Source of the DNA: Thauera sp.
Lineage (GTDB): Bacteria; Pseudomonadota; Gammaproteobacteria; Burkholderiales; Rhodocyclaceae
DNA: 46,082 bases
Direction of reading: 5' to 3'
Assembly (NCBI GenBank): GCA_023150215.1
Contig: JAKLLJ010000001.1
Coordinates: forward strand, 1 to 46,082
The notes below the pieces were generated by a model. It saw only the letters and a list, made by a program, of their open reading frames with translations, did not search any database and was not told where the DNA came from. Made by a program: the position numbers and the translations under genes. Of the stretch, positions 1-8,689 are shown piece by piece (positions within the stretch are counted from its first letter, which is position 1; the number at the start of each line of letters is the position of its first letter).

Positions 1-375
1 GACTCCGGCGCGCAGGTTGAGGTGCTTGAGCTGATCGCGCTCCAGGTCCAACCCACCGAAGGCGAACACGTTGGCGTTCAGATTGTGGTCGTAACGGGTC
101 CCCGCGCGCCACAGGTTGGCGGTGGTGTTGGTGTTGTCGTCCTTGTCCTTGGATTGGGCGAAGAGGGCTTGGCCGTACGCTGACCATTTGTCGGTGGCGG
201 TGATACGCGCGGCATCCAGATTGATGTTCACGGTGCTGTTGCGAGCATTGCCGGAGGAGAACGAAGCGGCTGCGCCACCCACGCCACGCCACTGGCCGTC
301 CGCCTTGATGTCATCGGCAGCAGCCTGGCCGCAGGCCAGCAGGGCGGAGACCGCCAGCAGGGAGAGCTTCTTCAT
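1..375 (-). CDS. DUF481/YdiY-like outer-membrane beta-barrel protein, 5' part (runs off window)
   Basis: Not in ORF track because it has no stop in the window. Manual translation from ATG at 375: MKKLSLLAVSALLACGQAAADDIKADGQWRGVGGAAASFSSGNARNSTVNINLDAARITATDKWSAYGQ...RYDHNLNANVFAFGGLDLERDQLK; signal peptide followed by amphipathic beta-strands. Confidence 0.75.
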   Translation of the reverse strand, partial: MKKLSLLAVSALLACGQAAADDIKADGQWRGVGGAAASFSSGNARNSTVNINLDAARITATDKWSAYGQALFAQSKDKDDNTNTTANLWRAGTRYDHNLNANVFAFGGLDLERDQLKHLNLRAGV

Positions 376-564
376 GGAACTTCCTTTCTTGCGCATTGGG
401 CCCTCGCGGGCACGGAAAGCGCAGAGGATAAGAAGTCGGCTGTCACAAAGGTATCTAATATTTCCCATGGCACAACTGTTTGCGCGTGTGGAATTGTGTA
501 TCTCGATCGCATGCTCAGGCGCCCCCGCGCCCGTCGTTGCGCTGCTCGCGGCGGCCCGGCAATG

Positions 565-596
565 AAAAAGGCCCGGCACCTTGCAGGGGCCGGGCC
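565..596 (-). terminator. Intrinsic terminator after the DUF2892 gene
   Basis: Stem GGCCCGGC (570-577)/GCCGGGCC (589-596) with an A5 tract at 565-569 (U-tract on the minus strand). Confidence 0.8.
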
Positions 597-624
597 GGGA
601 GGTGTCCGGGAAGGATCGCGGAGA

Positions 625-819
625 TCAGTCCTTCTTCATCGGACAGGTGCTCATGCCGAGCAGGGGATAGACCGGGCAGAAGCCGGTCAGGCCGGTGGCC
701 AGGGGCACCACGCCGATCCACGCCCAGGTGGGGCCGCCCAGCAGGGCTGCCCAGGCCACCAGGGCCACGCCGCCGCCAATCCGCAACACCTTGTCGATAC
801 CGCCCACGTTCGCTTTCAT
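625..819 (-). CDS. DUF2892 (YgaP-like) small inner-membrane protein
   Basis: MKANVGGIDKVLRI...GVVPLATGLTGFCPVYPLLGMSTC is the typical family pattern; GGAGG RBS upstream of ATG 819. Confidence 0.88.
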   Translation of the reverse strand: MKANVGGIDKVLRIGGGVALVAWAALLGGPTWAWIGVVPLATGLTGFCPVYPLLGMSTCPMKKD

Positions 820-913
820 GATCGCCTCCTTGGCACATTGGTTCAGGTGGGCGTATTGGAGCATCCGCTGCCAGGGGGCGTCTGTAACCTTGGTTACAGA
901 GCTGGCGGCGGTG

Positions 914-1576
914 TCAGGCGCCGGCCAGGCGGCGCAGGCCGGCGGGGTCGAGGATCTCCACCTGCTCCCGGGACAGGGCTACCAGGCCTTGTTCGGCCAG
1001 GCCCTTGAGCAGGCGGCTGACGATCTCGCGCACGCTGCCGAGCTCGTCGGCGAGCTGCTGGTGGGTGATGTGCAGGCGCTGGCCCTTGCCCAGCAGCAGG
1101 GCGGCGAGGCGCTGGTCGAGCTTGCGGAAGGCCACCTCCTCGATCAGCTGCATCAGGTCGGCAATGCGCTCGGAGAACAGCTGGAAGACGAAATCGCGAA
1201 AGGCCTGCTCACCCAGCAGGGCCTGAAAATCGTCAGTGGGCACCACCAGCAGGGTGGTGTCGGCCTCGGTGACGCCCCGGGCGTTGTAGGGCGCCTGGCC
1301 GAGCAGGCAGGCCGAGGAGATGATGCAGGTCTCTCCCGGTGTCACCCGGTACAGGGGCAGTTCGCGGCCGTTGGGGGCGGCCTTGACCACCCGGATGCTG
1401 CCGGCGATCACGAAGGGAAAGCCCTGGCAGGCCTGACGTTCGTCGAAGACGGTGGTGCCGGCCGGCACCTGCACGAGCTGGGCCCGGGCCTGCAGGCGCT
1501 GGCGCGCCCGGGCGGTCAGCTCGGTCAGGATGGGGTACAGGGCGAGCAGCGCGTCGCCGGCCGGGGCGCTGCTCAT
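914..1576 (-). CDS. Crp/Fnr family transcriptional regulator
   Basis: cNMP-binding domain (GRELPLYRVTPGETC) and C-terminal HTH (ITHQQLADELGSVREIVSRLLK); start at 1576 overlaps the xth stop (ATGA). Confidence 0.92.
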   Translation of the reverse strand: MSSAPAGDALLALYPILTELTARARQRLQARAQLVQVPAGTTVFDERQACQGFPFVIAGSIRVVKAAPNGRELPLYRVTPGETCIISSACLLGQAPYNARGVTEADTTLLVVPTDDFQALLGEQAFRDFVFQLFSERIADLMQLIEEVAFRKLDQRLAALLLGKGQRLHITHQQLADELGSVREIVSRLLKGLAEQGLVALSREQVEILDPAGLRRLAGA

Positions 1577-2331
1577 GTCAGCTCGACGACGACCGGAGTG
1601 TGATCGGAGGGGCGCTCCAGCTTGCGCGGTGCCTTGTCGGTGTAACAGGCCGAACACTTCTCCACCAGCGGGGCCGACAGCAGCAGGTGATCGATGCGCA
1701 GGCCGAAGTTGCGGCGGAAGGCGCCCATCCGGTAGTCCCACCAGGAGAAGCTGCGCTCCTCCTGCTCGAAGAGGCGGAAGGCGTCACTCAGGCCAAGGCC
1801 GATCAGGGCCTGGAAGGCGGCCCGCTCGGGGGCCGACACGTGGATCTCGTCCTTCCAGTCCGGGTGGGCGTCGCGGTCTTCCGGGGCAACGTTGTAGTCG
1901 CCGGCCAGCACCAGCCGGGGCGTGGCCTGCAGCTCGGCCTTGAGCCAGGCAGTGAGGGCCTCGAGCCAGGCCATCTTGTAGGCGAACTTGTCGGACCCGA
2001 CAGCCTGTCCGTTGGGGAAGTAGCCGCACACGATGCGCACGCCGTCCAGGGTGCCGGCGATGATGCGTTTCTGCTCGTCGGCAAAGCCGGGGATGTCGAG
2101 GGTGACGTCTTCCAGCGGCTTGCGGGTGAGGATGGCGACGCCGTTGTAGGTTTTCTGGCCGTTGAACACGGCCTGGTAGCCGGCGGCCTCGATCTCGGCC
2201 AGGGGAAAGGCCTTGTTCTCGCACTTGAGCTCCTGCAGGCACAGGGCATCAGGTTGATTGGCCGCCAGCCAGTCGATGACATGGGGCAGGCGGACCTTGA
2301 GGGAATTGACGTTCCAGGTGGCAAGTTTCAT
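1573..2331 (-). CDS. xth: Exodeoxyribonuclease III
   Basis: ATWNVNS, LQELK, YNGVAIL, GDYN, SWWDYR, LRIDH and PSDH motifs. Confidence 0.97.
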   Translation of the reverse strand: MKLATWNVNSLKVRLPHVIDWLAANQPDALCLQELKCENKAFPLAEIEAAGYQAVFNGQKTYNGVAILTRKPLEDVTLDIPGFADEQKRIIAGTLDGVRIVCGYFPNGQAVGSDKFAYKMAWLEALTAWLKAELQATPRLVLAGDYNVAPEDRDAHPDWKDEIHVSAPERAAFQALIGLGLSDAFRLFEQEERSFSWWDYRMGAFRRNFGLRIDHLLLSAPLVEKCSACYTDKAPRKLERPSDHTPVVVELT

Positions 2332-2339
2332 TGTTTTTA

Positions 2340-2352
2340 TAACCTATTGATA
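2340..2352 (-). promoter_or_regulatory. IHF binding site in the putative att arm
   Basis: Minus strand TATCAATAGGTTA matches the IHF consensus WATCAANNNNTTR exactly, in an AT-rich patch. Confidence 0.65.
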
Positions 2353-2390
2353 TAGTTTGTGTTTTTTAGATGATCCTGCTTATTCTTGGC

Positions 2391-2477
2391 TCTAGCTACA
2401 GATCTAGCTACAAAGTTGAGGCGAGATGGAATGACATGCAGGGACACGACCGTAGCGTCCATCACTTTTGTAGCTAG
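2391..2477. repeat. Putative tyrosine-integrase arm-type binding sites
   Basis: Direct repeats TCTAGCTACA at 2391-2400 and 2403-2412; inverted copy TTTGTAGCTAG at 2467-2477 (reverse complement of 2404-2414). Confidence 0.65.
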
Positions 2478-2917
2478 CCACTGGCTTTGGGTGATTGTCG
2501 TGGATTGAGGTCCGCCGTGAGACTTCGCGCAGCGCAAGCGTTCTTGGCTTCGTGCGTTGGCAGATGACCTGGGCTGCCCGTCGGTCAAGGCGCGGGAACG
2601 CGATGCGCCAAGGATGGCGTACCCGAACGGGCTGCGTGGATGGGACGAGGGGAGGATATTCATCTGAGCGCTGGCACTGAATGCCGAGCATTTATCCATG
2701 ATTTTTCATATTGCGCAACAAAGTGCCCTGAAGTGCAAAAGTGCAATGGCTGTTGGTGTCGACGGTTCGTTGATGATCGAGCAGAGTTGACTGAGCGTGG
2801 CGCTTCAGTGGTCGCATCAGAGTCGGGCACTTTGCGCTTGGAGACTTGTTCCCCTCGACGCCGCTGCGGTTGCAGATTGATCAGCTGCGGATAAGCTGAC
2901 ATCAGGAGGTAGTCGAT

Positions 2918-3178
2918 ATGAGAAAGTGCTTCTTTTTGTTGATCCTGTCGATGGGGCCGGCGGTCGGTCTGCTTGTCTCCATTGCGTCCAACGATAAGTG
3001 GGGAGTCGCTGTATTGATGATGGGACTCGGCCTCATGATTTCCGCCCCGCTCGCAGCGGCGCTGACCGGTGTTGGTCGAAGTGGATGTAGGTCGAGACAA
3101 GGCTGGGGTAGCGGAGGCTCAGGTGCCTCCGGTTCCTTGTTTAAGGGAGATTCGCCGCTGCGTCGCTGGGATCGTTAG
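2918..3178 (+). CDS. Small 2-TM membrane protein, candidate entry-exclusion protein
   Basis: AGGAGG RBS; two hydrophobic helices; convergent with traG and overlapping its end by 4 nt, the position eex occupies in SXT/R391. Confidence 0.55.
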   Translation: MRKCFFLLILSMGPAVGLLVSIASNDKWGVAVLMMGLGLMISAPLAAALTGVGRSGCRSRQGWGSGGSGASGSLFKGDSPLRRWDR

Positions 3179-5961
3179 GGTTCCCGTTTCGACTTGATCA
3201 GCTTCTCCACGAGTTCTTTGGTGTTGTCGAGTGTCGCTTCCACGTCGCTGTAGACCTGCTTTGTGGACCGTCTTAACAATGACTTCTTGGACTCCAACGT
3301 CCCGTCGTCCGTCTTGACGATCTCGGCCTTCCTGTCGAACTCGTTACTTCTTCCGGTGGTGTCTCCGCGAAGCTGGTCCGCTCGTTGTCGAACTTCCTCT
3401 CTGACGGGTGAAGGCGGTTGCGTTCTCTGCGGCAGCGGACGGCTTGGGTCAGCTCCATGGCCAGCCGTCGCGCGAAGGTGGGCACGGTGCGCTGCGGAGA
3501 TGTTGGGAGTGAGCGCGGTGTCCCTCAGTTGCTCTTGATGAAGTTCACGCACTTCGCCGAATGAGGTGGGTAGGCTGCTCCCATCGTGAAGTGTGCGGTT
3601 CGGGCGCAGAGATTGCCGAGCCAGTTCCGCCGACATCAAGGCATGGGCCGCAGCGCTGTTGCCACCGTAGGTTTGGGCATAGCGCAGGAACATCTCCATG
3701 TTGTGCGGATCCTGGGCGATGTCGATGGAAATGGTCTCGCCTTTCTCATGGGCAACCGAGAGGCGTTCGGCGAAGCTCGTGCGATCAGCAAGAGTAGCGT
3801 CTGCGCGCTCGGAGCGCGCTGTCGTCGAGCTGAGCCTTGCCGACATTTCACGGGCTTCTCTGGCATCGCTCGACACTGCCTGGATGACGCTGGAGTCTCT
3901 GGACACACGGTCGCCAAACTGCTTGAAGGCAACCAACTGTTCGCCTGTCAAGCTACTGAGTGCCTTCTGCTCTTGGGCAGAAAGACTGGATTGGTAGGTC
4001 TTGTCGCCGCTTGCGCGGATCTGACCACCAATGATCTTTCCATCCAGACCCGCATGGGCCGCAGCGCCGAATGCCAGGCGTGCAACCTGGGCTTGGCTGA
4101 GCCCGGTACTTTGCGCCACGGTCTGAACGACCTGATCCATTTTGTTCAACGTGTCGCCGAGTTGTTCGAAGCTGCTCGATGTTGAGCCTTGGCTGTTGCG
4201 CGTCGAGCGTAACTTGCTCAGCCCTCGCGAGAACACTTCCGACAACGCCGCCGACCTCTCGGTAGTTGCCGTCACGGCTTCGCCGCGTGCGGCATCGACC
4301 TGCCGGCCAGCTTGCTGCACATCCTGCTCGGACACCCGCATCGACACGACCCGCGACGCGAACCCCTGGTTGCGCAACAGGCTGACGGCGGTTCGGCCGG
4401 TCAGGGCGTTCGACGAGAAGGTGTCGCCGGAGAGGTCATTCTGCCAACTGCCCATGAAAGCCGAGGTGCGGTTCGGGGCCAGGCGCATCTGGTCCATCGA
4501 CACGTTGCCCAGGCTGGTGTTGCCGAGAGCCGCCGACCCTGTCGACGATCCCAGTACCGCTTGCAGTCCGGAAAGCCCGCCGACCATGGCCGTGCCGAAG
4601 TTCTCCATGCGCTTCAATGCTGCCCAGGCGATGACGGGAATGCTGATCGACAAGTAGCCGACCACCGCCTCACCGGAGATCGTGCGCGAGTAGATGCTGG
4701 ACGCGGTCTGCAGCGTGAGCCCCTTCATGCCCGTCCCGAGATCGGCCGCTGCCGCAATGTCGTAGGCCGCGTAGATCGAGGCCATGTAGTTCAGCACCGC
4801 ATAAAGGGGAGGCCAGAGCTGAATCCAGATCAGGATCGCCGCGTAGCCTTTGAAGGCCATCAGGGTCTCCCGCCCGCTGGTCAGCAGGAGCAGGAGAACA
4901 AAGAGCGGGAAGAGCGCATAGGTCACTGCTTCGATCACGTTGCGGAACACCGGCAGCGCCTGCTCGGCCATCTTGCCGGCATTGATCCAGGCAGCGTTCT
5001 GCTGAGCGGTTCCCTGGGCACGTCCCACGGCCAGCACCATGGCCGCCGGGTCGTTCACCTTCTGTCCGACGATCTGGCCGGTATCGGCGATGGCGTTGAG
5101 CATCGCATTCTGGCGAATGATGTCCGCCGCAGTGGCGGATGCCGAGGCGATGCTGTTCTTGATGTAAGCCTGCTGGACCTGACCGGCGATCACGCTGGCG
5201 GCGGCAGTACTGGGCAAGGTGGGATTCAGCCGGAAGGCGAGTTGCCCCTGGATGCGGCTGATCTGGGCCGGGACGCGGCCACTCAGATTCACGTAGGCGT
5301 TGGTGCAGGTGTCGACCGTCGTTCCGGTTGCATTGGTGAGCGGCGTGAAGCGCGCTGGATTGGGGGGCGCCATCAGGGACCAGACATCGTCCGAGGTGGA
5401 GAACGTGGCTGGCGAAATCGTTCCGTCGAGAAGATCGTAGGTGGTGCAGTTGTGGATGAAGTTGATCAGGTCGGTGCGGAAGTTCGGATCCTGGAACACG
5501 ACCCCACCGGTTTCTCGGATCAGCCGGTTACCGAACATCAGCCCATTGCGTTCGTAGCTGAGTTCGCTGGGCAGCGCGCCGGCGCCGGGGATGACCTGGA
5601 AGGCGGTCTCGAACAGGCCCGTCAGCGTATGGCCAATGGTGCTGGTGAGGCTGCCGAGCACGGCCGCCCCGAAGGGCACGTTGTCGACGACCTGAACCGG
5701 GGCGCTGCCCGTCTTGTCCACGATGCCGACCGTCACCTTGGGAACGATCAGCAGCGAGAAGACCAGCACGACGGTGGCGAGCCACTTCCAGCCCTGGAGC
5801 TTCTCGGGTGCAAATGCATAGGCGATGAGGGCGGCAATGAAGCCGCAGAAGGCCACTGCGGAAACGGCGGACGCATAGTCGCCCGAAGCATGGATAGCGG
5901 CTGCTGCATTGAAGACCCCGAACAGGCTGGCCGAGTTCTGGTAGGCGTAAATCTCCCACAT
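3175..5961 (-). CDS. traG: Mating-pair stabilisation protein TraG (F-type)
   Basis: MWEIYAY start, VDNVPFG, multi-TM N-terminal domain, IWIQLWPPLYAVLN, polar C-terminal tail; follows traH. Confidence 0.93.
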   Translation of the reverse strand: MWEIYAYQNSASLFGVFNAAAAIHASGDYASAVSAVAFCGFIAALIAYAFAPEKLQGWKWLATVVLVFSLLIVPKVTVGIVDKTGSAPVQVVDNVPFGAAVLGSLTSTIGHTLTGLFETAFQVIPGAGALPSELSYERNGLMFGNRLIRETGGVVFQDPNFRTDLINFIHNCTTYDLLDGTISPATFSTSDDVWSLMAPPNPARFTPLTNATGTTVDTCTNAYVNLSGRVPAQISRIQGQLAFRLNPTLPSTAAASVIAGQVQQAYIKNSIASASATAADIIRQNAMLNAIADTGQIVGQKVNDPAAMVLAVGRAQGTAQQNAAWINAGKMAEQALPVFRNVIEAVTYALFPLFVLLLLLTSGRETLMAFKGYAAILIWIQLWPPLYAVLNYMASIYAAYDIAAAADLGTGMKGLTLQTASSIYSRTISGEAVVGYLSISIPVIAWAALKRMENFGTAMVGGLSGLQAVLGSSTGSAALGNTSLGNVSMDQMRLAPNRTSAFMGSWQNDLSGDTFSSNALTGRTAVSLLRNQGFASRVVSMRVSEQDVQQAGRQVDAARGEAVTATTERSAALSEVFSRGLSKLRSTRNSQGSTSSSFEQLGDTLNKMDQVVQTVAQSTGLSQAQVARLAFGAAAHAGLDGKIIGGQIRASGDKTYQSSLSAQEQKALSSLTGEQLVAFKQFGDRVSRDSSVIQAVSSDAREAREMSARLSSTTARSERADATLADRTSFAERLSVAHEKGETISIDIAQDPHNMEMFLRYAQTYGGNSAAAHALMSAELARQSLRPNRTLHDGSSLPTSFGEVRELHQEQLRDTALTPNISAAHRAHLRATAGHGADPSRPLPQRTQPPSPVREEVRQRADQLRGDTTGRSNEFDRKAEIVKTDDGTLESKKSLLRRSTKQVYSDVEATLDNTKELVEKLIKSKREP

Positions 5962-5987
5962 GGCTGTTCTCCCCGATCAACCGAGAC

Positions 5988-7436
5988 TCAGCGCGCCATG
6001 AAGGCAGCTTGCTGCCCGAGCATGTCCATGACGTGCTGGGGCATGCTGGAGCGCAGTTGGCGTTCCAGCTCTTCCAGATGGCCGGAGACGGCCCGCACGG
6101 AGCCGACCTTCTGGTAGAGGGTGTTCTTTTCCTGGGCGATCTGGGAAAGCATGGTCAGCGCCCGTTGGCGAATGTCGCGTGCTTGCTCGCGCTGGGTCTG
6201 CTGCAGCGTGTAGTCCTTGTCGAGGGCGGCCAGGCCCAAGCGCAGATTGCGCTCCAGGAACACGTAGGCGTAGTCCGCGGCGATCAGGTCGCGGTACTGC
6301 CCGATCAAGCTGTCGGCCAGGCCCGAGCCGGGGATGCTCGTGCCGATCGAGAGCATCTTGTAGACCGGCTCCGTGGTCTGGTTGACGAAGCCGACCTCGG
6401 CCGAGTTGTTCGGGATCGCGGTGCGGGTAGCGATCTTCTCGGCGATCGAGCGCATCAGCGCTTCGACCTTCGCGGTGAAAGGTGTGTGGTTGTAGCCCGT
6501 GTTCACGGTCACCACGTCGCACGAGGAGTAGTCGTTGCAACGCAGCAGGTGCTGGACGACATCGCTGCCGCTGCCCGCTGCCTGGCCGTAGAGCAACTGG
6601 CTGATCGAGGTCAGCGTGGGCGCGATGGTCTCGGGATCGCGCCCCGACTCTTCGGGGTAGTAGATCACTGTGCCGACGATGCTCATGATCAGCTCGCGCT
6701 CGTTGTCGTCGAGGTAGGTTCCCGTCTTCTGCAAAGCCTTCCAGGTGAGGTTGCCAACGAACGGTGCCTTGTTGCGGATGTTGGCGTCGCCGGAGCTGCG
6801 CGCGGAAGCCAGGATGCTGGGCCGGTCGCTGGCGCAGCGGCGCCGCGCTGCGTCGCGGTCGCTTTCCATGCCCAGATCGACCGCCAGATCGGCGCAGGCC
6901 TCCTGCGAGCTGTAGCCCACGGATTCGGCCGCGGTGCTGACGATGGCCTTGGCGGTTTCGCAGGAGTTGATGCGGGCGTTGTTGATCCAGGTCTCCAAGC
7001 CCTTGGCCCACTTGGTGAGGCCCCCCAGCAAGGGCGACACGGCTTCGAGCGCCAGCTGGAACGCGATCCCGGGCAACGCAGCCGTGATGTTCCTGAGCAT
7101 GTTCTTGAACTCTTCAGCCGAGATGTGGCTGAAGCTGCCCCCGAAGACGTCGATCCCGCCGCAGCCAGCCTTCGCACTGGGGAACTGGATCGCCGCGAGC
7201 TGGTAGACCTTGTTGGGCGAGCGCATCATGAAATTGCCGCCCGTGTAGGTGTTGTAGGCCTGTCCCCTGAAGGCGCCGGGCGCGGTGTAGTTGCCGATGG
7301 CCCCCAGGTTGTTGAACATGTTGTTGACCTCGGCGTTGAGATCGCCGGCGCGCAGCGTCGGTGAGGTCGCTACCAGGCTGGCGGCGACGGAAGCCGCCAG
7401 CACACGGCGCAGTGGGGTGGTTGTGCTCATGCTCAT
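5988..7436 (-). CDS. traH: Pilus assembly protein TraH
   Basis: TAPGAFRGQ...YTGG, PSAKAGCGGIDVFGGSFS, INSCETAK. Confidence 0.95.
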   Translation of the reverse strand: MSMSTTTPLRRVLAASVAASLVATSPTLRAGDLNAEVNNMFNNLGAIGNYTAPGAFRGQAYNTYTGGNFMMRSPNKVYQLAAIQFPSAKAGCGGIDVFGGSFSHISAEEFKNMLRNITAALPGIAFQLALEAVSPLLGGLTKWAKGLETWINNARINSCETAKAIVSTAAESVGYSSQEACADLAVDLGMESDRDAARRRCASDRPSILASARSSGDANIRNKAPFVGNLTWKALQKTGTYLDDNERELIMSIVGTVIYYPEESGRDPETIAPTLTSISQLLYGQAAGSGSDVVQHLLRCNDYSSCDVVTVNTGYNHTPFTAKVEALMRSIAEKIATRTAIPNNSAEVGFVNQTTEPVYKMLSIGTSIPGSGLADSLIGQYRDLIAADYAYVFLERNLRLGLAALDKDYTLQQTQREQARDIRQRALTMLSQIAQEKNTLYQKVGSVRAVSGHLEELERQLRSSMPQHVMDMLGQQAAFMAR

Positions 7437-7445
7437 GGAGTTCTC

Positions 7446-8303
7446 CTATGGCAGCGCCAGGCGGCGCGTCGCGCTGGGCAACATCGCCACGCCTTCCGGG
7501 CTGCTGACGATGGCAATGCGCTCAAGCAACTGGGCCTCGGAAAGAATCCCGAAGCCGATGGGCGTGATCTGGCCGCTGAAGGGCTGAGCGAGAAAGACGG
7601 CGGGCACCTGCGACACCTGCAGGGCGGTCGCGATTCCGTTGTCGCGGCGGGCCGATGGGAAGCCCGGCATGGGGCCGCCGTCGATGCTGATGGCGACGAC
7701 CTGGATGCCGTGTCGGCCCTGGAAGGCTTCCAGCACGGGGGCGAAGGCGTGGCAGTACGGGCAGTCGGAGCGGTAGAAGAAGAACAGGACGTGGTCCTTG
7801 CCCAACTGGGCCACCGTGCGCGAGCGGTCGGTGCGCTGCGTCTCCTCGAAGACCTCCAATGCTTTCGCGTTGACCGGGCGGCCTTGCAGCGTCGGGTCGA
7901 GTTCCGGGGTGGCCCAGGCCACGCGACGCGCCACGTCGGCGAAGGTGGACGCCTGGTTCACCACCTTCGCTTCGAGTTCCATGTAGCGCCGAACGTTGGC
8001 TTCGGTCGGCCGCATGATCGCGACGTTGCGGTATTCCTCCAACGTCTTCTGCAGGCGTTCGAAGTCTTCAAGTTCCGGGGCGCGGGCCGCCTTTGCCTTT
8101 TCCGCGGGTTGCGGTGGCGCAGCGGAGGCAGCCGGTGCCGGGGGCGTGGCCGGCTTCTCGTCGGGTGAGGGATCCTCATAGAAATGCCAGCCTCGCCAGG
8201 CGTCGCGCCAATAGGTCGCGCTACCGTCATGAGCCGAGGAGACGGCCAGAACTGTCGACATGCCGAATGCGAGGAGCAGGCGAAGCAGGGTGCGGCGTTG
8301 CAT
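7446..8303 (-). CDS. traF: Pilus assembly thioredoxin-like protein TraF
   Basis: Start re-called at MQRRTLL (8303); GWHFYEDP, PTEANV, FFYRSDCPYCH thioredoxin motif. Confidence 0.92.
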   Translation of the reverse strand: MQRRTLLRLLLAFGMSTVLAVSSAHDGSATYWRDAWRGWHFYEDPSPDEKPATPPAPAASAAPPQPAEKAKAARAPELEDFERLQKTLEEYRNVAIMRPTEANVRRYMELEAKVVNQASTFADVARRVAWATPELDPTLQGRPVNAKALEVFEETQRTDRSRTVAQLGKDHVLFFFYRSDCPYCHAFAPVLEAFQGRHGIQVVAISIDGGPMPGFPSARRDNGIATALQVSQVPAVFLAQPFSGQITPIGFGILSEAQLLERIAIVSSPEGVAMLPSATRRLALP

Positions 8304-8311
8304 GGCGGCTC

Positions 8312-8689
8312 CTATTGCAGCGAGCGGGGCGGCAAGCCGTCCAGGCAGTAGTTGATGCCGACGTCCACCGTCTGGCGGCGCGGCGCGGCGGCGCCGGGAA
8401 GCAGCACGCCGTCCTGCCAGAAGCTCACCTTCAAGCGTGCGCAGCCAGGCTGGGCGTACCGCCGTTCGGTCGACACGTCGATGTAGATCGGTGAGGTCGC
8501 CTTGAAGCGCTGCGTGATCGCGTCGGCGATCTCGCCGGTGAGCACGCCGTAGGCCTTGCCGTCTGTTGCGCGCAGCGCGGCGAACATCACCGGGCGGGCG
8601 TCGGGGGCCGGTGTGCGGACCGGCGCGTCGGCATGAACGAGAAGCGGCAGGCACAGCGCGCCGAGCGCCAGGAAGGTGGAGGTTTTCAT
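8312..8689 (-). CDS. Hypothetical exported protein in the tra operon
   Basis: Signal peptide, two Cys in the mature part; overlaps the traN stop by 4 nt. Confidence 0.7.
   Translation of the reverse strand: MKTSTFLALGALCLPLLVHADAPVRTPAPDARPVMFAALRATDGKAYGVLTGEIADAITQRFKATSPIYIDVSTERRYAQPGCARLKVSFWQDGVLLPGAAAPRRQTVDVGINYCLDGLPPRSLQ

Noticed and set aside
2337-2699. 120-aa ORF and overlapping short ORFs upstream of xth
   Set aside because: Runs through the att-like arm, with atypical composition and no motif.
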